Of a stretch of DNA of 64,000 nucleotides, positions 48,987 through 61,278 are shown in pieces (the first letter of the stretch is position 1; every line of letters begins with the position of its first letter). Position numbers and translations under genes: made by a program. The notes under the pieces are model-generated. The model was not told the origin of the DNA, did no database searches, and saw only the letters and a list, made by a program, of their open reading frames with translations. Source of the DNA: Octopus vulgaris (Eukaryota); assembly GCA_951406725.2 (NCBI GenBank), contig OX597835.1, forward strand, positions 50,654,001 through 50,718,000. Direction: 5' to 3'.

Positions 48987-51900
48987 ATATATGAAAAAGC
49001 AATACTACGTGGTGCATTGCTGTGCTCAAGAAGACCCACCCATCACAACAGAATTAAGATCTGTTGCCATGTAAACAGCATTGGTGTAGATATTGGTGCC
49101 ACGTAAAAAGTATTGGTACTGATGCCATGTAAAAAGCATGATGGTGGTGCAATGTAAAAATCACCCAATACACTCAGTAAAGTGGTGGGCATTAAGAAGG
49201 GCATCAAGCTGAAACAGTCTATGAAACCTGGTGTAGCTCCTGCCTTTCCACTTCCTGCCAGCATGGAAAAACCAAAGTTTGATGTTGGTGATGATGATGA
49301 TGAATACAGTTTATTTATTTATTAAAAGCCAAAGAATCAGTCTGTGTTAGTCTGAGTTTCCAGATCCCTACATTCATTCAGACAATTGACTAAATACACA
49401 TCAACAAACACTGTAGCCACTCTCCTTTCGATAATGGGAGTAGTTACATAGTCCCCCTACAGCAAGAAACCGATTGTTCTGGACTCTTCCTTTGTAACTT
49501 AAACCCTCATTTCCTAACAGAAAGCCACCTCCCACTCCAATGTAGCCCCACTCAGCCAAAGGGAGGGGGGCTCAGTCTTGCAAGATGTACGAGTGACCTC
49601 ACTAGTACTGGTGCCCTCAAAACAAAACACCCAGTACACTTTAAAGTGGTCAGCATTATAAAGGGCACACAGTTATATAGAAACCATACTAGAGTAAACA
49701 CTGGAATACAATGTTGTCTTCAGACCTGCTGGACACCAACACTTCTCAAACTGCCCAACCCATGCCAGCATGGAAGTAAACATTTGATGATGATGATGAC
49801 GATATGTCATCTCTGTTGTTTTCTCTGTTGACATGCGTTTACATCATAGGAGTATGTCAAATAGTATAATAGTAAATATGAACAGCCCTATTCACATCAG
49901 TATGGTGGGGGAGGGAACAGTTTTAAAATGATGACAATCAATTTATGTGCGCATGTGTTTTAAAGAGTTATTCCTATTTCATTCATCTCTTCCTCCTTGT
50001 TGTTGCTGTATGCTCCTCTCCCCATTACCACCTTCACTGAACCACAACACCCACCAAACCCACTGACTTCATAGAACACTATTTCAGGCAGTAGTAGTCT
50101 AAGAACATTCAAGTGATTCACACCACAAATTCTTTTGCCAGCTTCCTCTCAGGACTGAAGCCACTACACAGCTCTTCCCAGATTGATTGCTATCTCTAGC
50201 TGTTGTTCTTTCAAGTAGTTCCTGACACTGAAAACTCTTAGGTCACAAGATGTATCAACTGAACAACAATGACAACAATAAGAATTATCTACAGACATTT
50301 TTGAGGAATGAACTGTTTTTTGTTTAGGAATTTCTTTCTTCTGGAGAGGAGGGCCAGTTCTTTCCATTTTGATGGCCACCCACACTAAACTAAGTACTTT
50401 CTATTTTTACCGTTTGTCACATGCTACATTCCTCAAACTGATTTCCTGTACTAAATAGGAAGTTCGTCAATACAAACTTTTTCGTTAAGTAGCTAATCAG
50501 GATAAAATACTAACATGAGAAAACAAACAAAATAAAAAAGAATGTTTACATATTAAATGAAGTTTAACACTTAAGAGTCTTCTTGCACTTCAATCTGTTC
50601 CATGTGGGAAGTATATATCTATGACAATATTTAATAATTGAATGCTGTGGTGGTGTTGTTTATAACTGCAGCTTTATTACAGGAAATATCTATAAGAAGT
50701 TTACTATTGGCACTAAAATGGATTTTTTACAGCAAGAGAAAATATCCAAAAACAAAAAAAGAAATCTCCAAAAGATATCAGGAGAGCAGTGACTCCAAAT
50801 AAGAACTCATTTGGACCATGACGATCTGTTCAATCCATCTCAGCAAGGAAAGCAGACATAACATGAAGATAGTAATGGAAAACCAGTAAAAGAATTTTTA
50901 AATAGATGTCTGACATGCTAACAATAGCAGTCAGATCTCCATTACATCCTACAGGCATGCAAAAGCAGTAAACAAATTGCCTCAAATCACATAGTTTTAA
51001 CCGTTTAGCATTTAAACCAACCATATCATCAGACCAAGAAGTTCAACCTGTTTTTATGATCTGGCCTCTCACACCAACCCTGCAATGTCATTGTAAAAAT
51101 TAACAGCCACTCCTCATCAAAATCTCAAAGCTACAAAATAATGCAGGATTCAATCAAAACAATGTCAATAAATAAGCATTATGTTTGACAGAATGTGGAT
51201 GCAAAAGGGTGAAAGAAAAGATTTGTTGAACAATGTGGTGCTAGATTATACAGAAAGACAGGGGTGGATGTAGCTGGAACATCTTTGATCATAAGGAATA
51301 AACAACACTGACTAAGATGCTCTTCCTAAGTTAACGATGACCATACTTTCCAAAAAATGATTTTTAAATTATGAAAAATCCAAGTTCTACACTAAGTAGA
51401 TACATTATACTTAAACAAAGGGGGTGGGGCTAGTCATAGCTGGAAAGCCTTTAATTATAGGCCTACTTGATTAGTATTGATCTGGAATTAAATTACAACA
51501 TAGGGAAACCCTTGAAACATATAAGCTATTTGACTGAAGATTTCTCCAATAGTTCTCAGTGAATCTTCTGCTTTGATCTACAAAGACAAATGTGACCATT
51601 CTTTGACATAAAGAACAGCCAACCAGTACTACAGAACACTTGTAGTTGTTTAGTCCAGATCAGTCCTCACTGAGCAGGTTCATGATCAAAGATCATTTCT
51701 ATAGTGACTTCCTTGTCCTTTTATGTATATAGGATGACATTATCCACATAGGCTTCTTTTAAGACAGTATATTATGATTTTCAGAAATTTTGCTACTATT
51801 TCTAGCACAGCAAGGCTTGTAGGCACATAGCATATTTGTTTATTGTCATGGTAACAAGTAACAGTGAATTTGCTATAAAAAATTAAAAAAAAAAAAAAAC

Positions 51901-54299
51901 ATACAGCAAGTTAATGATTCAGTGAATTTATAGACAGACATGAAAGTTAGGCACGAAATTAAAGCCTGAGTTAGACCAGAAAGATTAAATCAAAAAGCAG
52001 GATGTGGTACAGTAAAAGCTGCAGCTGATGGCATTACAATGCAATGTTGAAAGTTTGGAAACTCATATCCTGTTGCATCCACTAGACTTCCAAACATTAC
52101 AAATTCACTCCTGCTCTCTGTTCCATGTGTCAATGTAGCCTGACCACCCTGAGGCTTCATTTTCACACCAAGATAATAGACTTCAGATTAAATATTCAAT
52201 GAAGAAGTGACTGTGTGGTTAAAGATGTTTGCCTTGCAACCACAAGATCTCAGATTTAGATCACAGACAAGTATTTGCTACCATAACCTCAGTCTGAGCA
52301 ATGCCTTGTGAGTGAAATTGGTAGCCTGTCACATGTATGAATGAGTGAGTGGATATTGACATTCATGTTTATGTTCCATAATATAATGGTGTAGCAAGCA
52401 GAGATTGCTAAAATAAGCAAGAGACTTAAAAACCAGTATTGGGGTGGATGTGACTGACTGAGACCCTTCAAAGTGAAACCCCAACATGGCCACAGTCCAA
52501 TGAATGAAACAAAACTAAATAACTATGATGATTTTTTTTATATTAATAAAATCTTAACAGAAAAAATACATTTCAACTTTTTTTTTTTTTACACTCAATA
52601 TACATAGGTAGAAATAATTTCATTTAAATTTCGTATGTAGATACTATGAAGCAATGAAACCTGGACATTAAAAATAGCCAAACTAACAATAGCTGGATAA
52701 AGATAATCAATGATTTGCTAAATGAACTAACTAGCTTTTAATTTACAATGTAGACCAGTTAGAAGTAAAATCAGTCTAGAATGATTATTGTGCTCATAAT
52801 ATTAAAGCTTTAAAAATAATTGTTTCAAATTTTGGCAACAGACTAGATCATTATATCACTTGAAGAGAGTAGGGTTGGTGACAGGAGGAGTGGCGCAGCC
52901 TACCATAAAAAAGTTCTTCCCTAATGTATTTTTGTTTGACCCATACAAACATTGAAAACAAGTCATCATTAAAATGGTACATATTCTTAATACTTACATT
53001 TTTTTTATGAGTGTGTGCATGTATGTTAGTATATGTGTAAATGAATGCATGTGTGTACAAGGGTGAGCAGAAAAGTTCAGAGCCTGACTATGAAAGAGTG
53101 ATGCTAGACTTGTGAATTCTTGCATGCAGTAATTTCAACTCTTTAATAACTGCATTGTTTCTCTCCAGGTAAATTAAACAATAGAAGTGGGTAAGAACAT
53201 TATAGCTTAGTGTGCATGCATGACAGAGTTCAAGGTCAGTTTGTGCCAAGCGGCTTCACTCTACAGCTATCCCTGTTTATCATAGCAACAGGTTAATACA
53301 TTTTAATCAGACCATGACTGCACATGCATGCATGTGTGTGTGTGTGTGTGTGTACCAGAATCATTCCCACAACACAACACCATGGTTTATTCAGGTTCAT
53401 TCCTACAACACAACACCATGGGCAAGCATTTTCTCCTATAGCCCTGGCTCAATTAAAGCCTTGTGAGTGGATTTGATAGAAAGAAACTTAAAGAAGCTCA
53501 TCGTGTACCGTTATCTTGACATCACATGATTGCAAATGAATATCATGGTCATTCAAGTGAGGCTGTTTTTTTTTTTCTAGTCTTCCACGAAAAACACATC
53601 CAGCTAGAGGAAATGTTACCTTGCTAGGAAACAAGTTAGAGTTAGTGATAGGAAGGGCATCTGGCCAAAGAAAATTTGATTGAAGAAATCCAAAATGATG
53701 ATGATGATGATGATATGGCTATATTCTTTGTCCATTGATGGCTGAGCATTCATTCATTTGGAAACGAATTATTACTATCACCACAATTTACTTTTCTTTT
53801 CACAAATGAAACTGACAAATTGATTTTTTACAGAATTATGCATACAACTTGGCTGCAATTACAACTCCAGGAACTAGCCAAATATTCTGAATTAACTATT
53901 AAAGATAAGTTTTCATTATAAGCTAAGGAGGAATGCTTCACTAGTATGAGGTGACATTCTGGTAAATAATGAAAATTCTATAAAAGAAAAAAAAACTTAG
54001 GCAGCAGCCCAAACTTTTGTCAGTGGTGACAGTTGATAGAATCAATACTAATATATTACTGGTATTATTTTGCAGTCTTTGTTTATGTGTAGTGGGATTA
54101 AGTGAAAAGCTGACCTCTTTGGTATTGAAGGCAAAACAAATGAAATAAATACTGTTTGTTACTCAAATCTGGCATTCTAACATTTCTTCTAATTTCCCAA
54201 AGAGTTAACTTTTTTGATACCAACCACCTAGTAACAATTTCCTGTTTTAAGATGATCAAAATTAAAATCTTTCACCAAAATTTCAACACTAGCTTGATT

Positions 54300-54715
54300 A
54301 CAGTTTCAAATCCGGTTCAAGGCCAGCAATTTCAGGACAGGTGGATAAGTTGATAACATCAACTCCACTACTTAACTGGTACTTATTCTATAGACACCAA
54401 AAGCATGAAAGGCAAAGCTGACCTTGGCAGCATTTGAACTCAAAACATAAAGACAAACGAAATGCAGCTATTTTGTCCCGCATGCTAACAATTCTGCCAG
54501 CTGAATAATGGTTTCAAATTTTGGCATAAGGTCAGCAAGTTCAGGAGAGGGGGTTAAGTCAATTACATCAAGCGCAATACTCAACTGATACACTTTTTAA
54601 TCAAGGATGAAAGGCAGAGTTGACCTTGGTGGAATTTGAACCAGAAAAATAAGACTGACGAAATGATGTTAAGCATTTTGCTCAGCGTGCTAACAATTCT
54701 GCCAGCTGTCCACCT
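54300..54715 (-). mobile_element. Two tandem Meta-like SINE copies
   Basis: Repeated ...atgaaaggcaRagYtgaccttgg...atttgaac...gctaacaattctgccagctg. Confidence 0.7.
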
Positions 54716-55135
54716 CCCACCAGCTCAATAATGACAGCTATTTCACTAAGTCTTCATTATATTTACTCTTTTACTTGTTTCAGTCATTTGACTGTGGCCA
54801 TGCTGGAGCACTGCCTTTAGTCAAGCAAATCAACCCCAGGACTTATTCTTTGTAAGCCTACTACTTATTCTATCGGTGTCTTTTGCTGAACCGCTAAGTT
54901 GCTGGGACGTAAACACACCAGCATCAATTGTCAAGCAATGTTGGGGGGACAAACACAGACACACAAACATATACACACACACACTAGGCATAGAGATGTG
55001 CTGTAAAAAGCTGATTTCCCAACCATGTAGTTTGGAGCTCCGTCCCACTGCATAGCATCTTGGGCAAATGCCTTCTACTGTAGCTCTGGACCAATCAAAG
55101 CCATGAAAGTAAATTTGTCAGATGGAAACTGAAAG

Positions 55136-55175
<40 letters not shown>

Positions 55176-56869
55176 ATGTGCGTGTGTGTGCATGTGCGTG
55201 TGTGCGTGCGCACGTATCCTTTTTCTGGTATTACATGATGGTTCTAAATGAACATTAGTCATACAAGTGATGTTCATTTCCAATCTTCTGTGAAAAACAT
55301 GTCTAGCCATGGAGAAATATTAGCTTGCTTGGAAACAGATGAGAAATGACATCATGATGGGCAGCCACCACTTATATGGATGACAAATACAATCCTTTTT
55401 TCATGGTAGAGGTGAGAGTGCAGGACAAAAAGGGTTGAGACACACAGACAGAGTGTGTCTAAGGCCAAAGTCACAAAATACTTCGGTGCATCTGGTAATA
55501 AAATAGATACTAGAGTTGTACCACTGTTGTAACTAGTGGGAGTACTATAAATTGACAAGTGTTTTCTTTATTTGCATGTATGTGGCTGAGTGGTTAGGGC
55601 TGTTGGACTCACAACTGTAAGGCTGAGGGGTTGGATTGATTCCTTGAGTAATGTAATTCATTTCATATTGCTGAAAATGAGTGTATGTGCAGCTGAGTAG
55701 GCTTCACAAGCTGCTAGCCCAAAATCTACCTTGTAAATGCAAAATCTCAACAACCCTTGATGGCCACAGGTAAACAATATGATGGCAATAACAGTGGTGG
55801 TGGTGATGATGAAAAGGAGAGCTTGCAGTGTTTAAATTCTGTTCCTCCTACAAGTTTAAATTAGGAGGAACAGACTTAAAGGCCAAAGCTGATTTGCTCC
55901 AGATATGCCATAAATAGAGGAAGTGGTACCATTTTAATCCAAAGAATGATAAGACTCACCATAGTCACTAATGAGGAGGAGAATGTTTGGTTCTGTAACA
56001 CAAATTCACAAACAATATAGGTCATAGATTATAGTATTAAGTGATGTGTAACAGTGATAAGACTCTTGGCTGCTCATGGTGGAAACATTTTTCATTTTCA
56101 TAATCACAGACAGAGTTCCTAAAAATGTATATGTCACCTAAAAAAATGTGTATTTTTTAATTATTATTCTTTTTTCCTCCCCCTCAAAAAAGTTATTTGG
56201 CTGCTTGAGTTAACATGAAATGCCACATCAAAGAAAGTGTTAAGAGCTGATTTGTTAGGTATAAAATTATTATCAGAGGTATACAGGAGATACCATCACC
56301 ACTATTATAAACAGCACTATCACACACTTCATTTATCAAACACATACGCATAATATTGGCATCTCCTCTGGATGTGTGCATATACACACACACGTCTGTG
56401 TGTATATAGACATATGTGTGTGTATATAGACACTTTGTCTGTGTGAGTGTGTGTGTGTGTGTGTGGGTATGGATATAAGATGAAACCTTAAATGCAAAAC
56501 AACCGCCAAAAGTGAAAAGAATAAAAAGTCATAATAATAATCACTGTGGTGATGATCATTACTTGATCTATTTCCTCTGAGAGTGGACGCAACAGTTTTT
56601 GATTGTGACTATTGATTGTCTCAGATCAGACACTGCTAGTCCTGCTGGAATTCAACCACACACACACACACACACAACCACCACTCTTTCTGCTACAAAA
56701 CATTAATAGTTATCGCCAAGCTAATATGGCAGTCCATAGATATAAGACTAAAGCTGCCATTGATTAGCTCCAAGAGGCCATCACCTCTAGCTAGCTATAT
56801 GACACGAACCTGTGTCCATTATAACCTTCGAACAGGGGAGGTCAGCCACTTCCCCTTGCTGGTCAGGCA

Positions 56870-56912
56870 TCTGCAGACATGTTTCAGAGTATTTGCCCTT
56901 TATCAATGCAGA
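56870..56912 (-). ncRNA. Minimal type I hammerhead ribozyme, U3-A8 core variant
   Basis: Minus strand tctgca-TTGATAA-aggg caaata ctct-GAAA-catg-TC-tgcaga. The flank gacacgaacctgtgtccattataaccttcgaacagggga resembles 35118-35155. Confidence 0.75.
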
Positions 56913-57680
56913 GTAGCCTATCTTAAATCTGGGTACTAAACACCAACTAGAGAGCAATATAACAAGAACAAATAGAAAGTAAATTGAACAAAGGGTAAAC
57001 AAGCTGACAGAAAAACACAAATGTTCAATGGTAGGAATGTCATTGCTATGATCTGCTTCAACCCACACAGCTACTTGCCACTACATTTGCAGTGACCCAT
57101 ACCCTAAGACACATCAACAAACACTCACAGTACAATTACTACATAAGAACATATTACAAAACAAATAAACACACACACTTTCTCTTTTTCAGGAAGCAAT
57201 GAAGAGACTTTTAGGTGGCGGTTCACCCTGCTACATCATTAAAATCATACACTAGCAGATTAAAGAAGGAGAAGGATGTATACATTGGGTATTTTAAACA
57301 TAGATAAACTGTCATAAAAAAAAATTAAAAAAGAGATAGAGTAAAAGATCAGGGTTTCAAATACCTTTGATCCCAAACTGCAGATTCATATTTGGCCTGG
57401 AACAAAACAACAGTTTCCACCATGTGATCTAAACAGAAAATGATTTCCACACTAAAACAGTTTCAGTATCAATAGCTTTATTAGGCTCAAAAGTTGCCCA
57501 ACACGTACAGTAAATCTACAAAAGAAACGAAACAATCATATATACACCGATCAAGTCCAGCTATTTGGCTAACCCAAACCCTAACATCAGGGCCTTGAAC
57601 CAAGCAAGAAAATATATACAGAAAACAAAGTAAAACACATCAGCTCTTTTGACACAAACCTTTCTAAAACTGCCCTTGGG

Positions 57681-58784
57681 TCTATGACACAAACATCCAG
57701 TCAAAAGAATTTAAATGAAAAACTTCTATGGCACAAACATCCTGTCAAACGAATTTAAATGAAAAACTTCTATGGCACAAACGTCCTGTCAAAGAAATTT
57801 CAATGAAAAACTTCTATGGCACAAACGTCCAGTCAAACGAATTTAAATGAAAAACTTCTATGGCACAAACATCCTGTCAAAGTAATTTCAATGAAAAACT
57901 TCTATGGCACAAACATCCAGTCAAACGAATTTAAATGAAAAACTTCTATGGCACAAACATCCTGTCAAAGGAATTTAAATGAAAAACTTCTGTGGCACAA
58001 ACATCCTGTCAAAGGAATTTAAATGAAAAACTTCTATGGTACAAACATCCTGTCAAAGCAATTTAAATGAAAAACTTCTATGGCACAAACATCCCGGTCA
58101 AAGGAATTTAAATGAAAAACTTCTATGGCACAAACATCCTGTCAAAGGAATTTAAAGGAAAAACTTCTATGGCACAAACATCCTGTCAAAGGAATTTCAA
58201 TGAAAAACTTCTATGGCACAAACATCTGGTCAAAGGAATTTCAATGAAAAACTTCTATGACACAAACATCCGGTCAAAGAAATTTAATTGAAAAACTTCT
58301 ATGGCACAAACATCCGGTCAAAGAAATTTAATTGAAAAACTTCTATGGCACAAACATCCCGTCAAAGGAATTTCAATGAAAAACTTCTATGGCACAAACA
58401 TCTGGTCAAAGGAATTTCAAATGAAAAACTTCTATGGCACAAACATCCTGTCAAAGGAATTTAAATGAAAAACTTCTATGGCACAAACATCCAGTCAAAC
58501 GAATTTAAATGAAAAACTTCTATGGCACAAACATCCTGTCAAAGAAATTTCAATGAAAAACTTCTACGGCACAAACATCCAGTCAAACGAATTTAAATGA
58601 AAAACTTCTATGGCACAAACATCCTGTCAAAGGAATTTCAATGAAAAACTTCTATGGCACAAACATCCTGTCAAAGGAATTTCAATGAAAAACTTCTATG
58701 GCACAAACATCTGGTCAAAGGAATTTCAATGAAAAACTCCTATGGCACAAACATCCGGTCAAAGGAATTTAAATGAAAAACTTC
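57681..58784. repeat. 44-bp minisatellite, about 25 copies
   Basis: Unit aaatgaaaaacttctatggcacaaacatcctgtcaaaggaattt. Period checked (aacttc at 57721 and 57765). One unit is 45 bp. Confidence 0.97.
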
Positions 58785-59684
58785 CATCAAAATTTCAAGT
58801 CAATTCACGTTCCAAACCCCAGTTCAATTATAATCAAACTGAGATACCTGGTGCTCTTCGGGATTAAAACGGCATAGTTTTTTTTATTGTCTTACTTGTT
58901 TCAGTCATGTGAATGTGGCCATGCTGGAGCATTGTCTTTACTCAAAGATATTAACCCCAGGATTTATTCTTTGTAAGCCTAGTACTTATTCCATCGATAT
59001 GTTTTGCCAAACAGCTAAGTTACAGGGACTAAAACACACCAACATCGATTGATTGTATAAGTACAAAGGGTAATTTGTTCAACTAAACCCTTCGAGGCAA
59101 TACCTCAACATAGCCACAATAATATAATATTAATATAATGTATTATATATAACTGACAGAAGTAATAAATGAAAAGATGGAATGTTCACCACTGAAATAC
59201 CTATGATCTGCTAAACAACCACTACAACCATCATCCGTATGTAGAAAAGACTCATTGGAGAGTATTCTTCTCTACATAAACTACTCTTTCTATCTCTATT
59301 CTCTAACCCCACCAATCAACTAATACTTTTTCACTCTATAATCAGCTTCAACAACAACTACCACTACTAAATCATCAACCAGCCTACATTTCTCCCCAGT
59401 TATGTCATCTTGCTCTCTTTCCCATTCCTTACACCAAGATGCAACATGTGATGTTCATTCTAATTCCCAAAATACCTTTTTCTTTGTTTTCGCTCCCCTC
59501 TGCCCAGCTACTCCATGTCTTATGAAATCATTTCATCACTCAATTTTCACTGCTATCCACTTCCCATCATTTCTAACATATGCAGGTCAGTAAGGAGGTA
59601 GGTGTCTTGAAGGATAACCTTAGTTATTAATTAGTACCTTTTTTTTCCTAACCAATTTCTATACTAGCATAAATAATGATAATC

Positions 59685-60353
59685 CTTTCTACTATAGGCA
59701 CAAGGCCTGAAATTTGGGAAAAGGGGACTAGTCAATTACATCAACCCCAGTGCATAACTGGTACTTAATTTTTCGAACCTGAAAGGATGAAGGGAAAAGT
59801 CAACCTGGTGGAATTTGAACTCCAAACGCAGCGGCAGATGAAATACCCACAAGATGCTAAACACAGAGGGGATAAACAAGGACAGACAAATGGATTAAGT
59901 CGATTATATCGACCCCAGTGCATAACTGGTACTTATTTAATTGGCCCCAAAAGGATGAAAGGCAAAGTCAACCTTGGTGGAATTTGAACTCAGAATGTAA
60001 CAGCAGACGAAATACCACTAAGCATTTCACCTGGTGTGCTAACAATTCTGCCAGCCTGCCACCTTAATAATCCCTTCTACTGGATGCATAATGCCTCAAA
60101 TTTGGGAGAAAGGATTAAGTCAAATACATCAACTCGAGCATGTAACTGGTACTTATTCAATCAACCCTGAAAGGATGAAAGGCAAAATTGACCTCAGCAG
60201 AATTCGAACTCAGACGAAATACCACTAAGCATTTCACCTGGCATGCTAACAATTCTGCCAGCTCACTACCTTAATAATAACGATTTCTTTATTAACCACA
60301 AAGGGTTTACATTAAGAAAGACATTATGGACAATACAGGACAAAACAAAGAAC

Positions 60354-60395
<42 letters not shown>

Positions 60396-60735
60396 ATCCT
60401 TTTCTACAATAGATACAAAATCTGAAATTTTGTTGGAGCGTAGTTAGTTGATTATATTAACCCTAGTTCTCAACTGGTACCTATTTTATAGACTCCAAAA
60501 GGATGGATAATAATATAATAATGGTTTCAAATTTTGGCACAAGGTGGGCACTTGTGGAGGGAAGAGGGAAGTCAATGATATCAACCCCAGTACTTCACTG
60601 GTGCTTATTTTATTGACCCCCAAAAGGATGAAAAGCAAAGTGAACCTCAGCAGAATATGAAGACGGATGAAATGCTGCAAAGCATTTTGCCTAGCAAGTT
60701 AACAGTTCTGCCAACAGCTCACCACCTTAATAATA
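59685..60735 (-). mobile_element. Cluster of about 5 head-to-tail Meta-like SINE copies
   Basis: Repeated actggtactta...aaaggatgaaaggcaaagtcaacct...gaatttgaactc blocks separated by aataat runs. Confidence 0.75.
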
Positions 60736-61069
60736 ACTAGCAGGACCCATGAATATTTCACGCAATTAATAGTAAACCTATTGGGTTTTTCCTGAAAATT
60801 TTATCCAAAAAACCTGAAAATGTAGCCTGTGTTGTGTCTGTATCAAAAGATAGTCGCTCATCTGCGCCATTCATTGAAAAGTGAAGGAAACTGGAATACG
60901 ATGATTACTTAATGCACTTTATATACTTTATGCACAATTTTATAGACTTAATACACAGCAATTATAAAATAAGTGTTCACTCATATTTTTCCATTTTTTC
61001 CCATAAACAGAAAAAATTATTTTAAAATTTACATGGTCACAATTTCATATCTAGGAACCAAAATTTTTA

Positions 61070-61278
61070 TAGGAGCATTGCAGAATGGATAAAGGAACAG
61101 CTAAGACAATATGACGACAGAAAACAGTCCTCCATACCAACATGCCAAAGGCCACCATGGAGGTAACTTGGGGCAACTTGACATCCGCATCTTATCCAAG
61201 TACCCAAAAGACCCAACACTCACAAATACGGGAGTACGTCCTTATAAATGAAACCTCCCCAATATTAAATAGGAAATA
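61070..61278 (+). mobile_element. Penelope-like element GIY-YIG endonuclease C-terminal fragment
   Basis: Across two frameshifts: RSIAEWIKEQLRQYDDRKQSS / YQHAKGHHGGNLGQLDIRILSKYPKDPTL / QIREYVLINETSPILNRK. This fits the RxxEH...H...H...IL...E...I...PxLN pattern of PLE GIY-YIG. Confidence 0.65.

Noticed and set aside
57681-58784. CRISPR-like array
   Set aside because: Units are contiguous 44-bp near-identical repeats with no unique spacers and no cas genes, in a eukaryotic context. It is a minisatellite.
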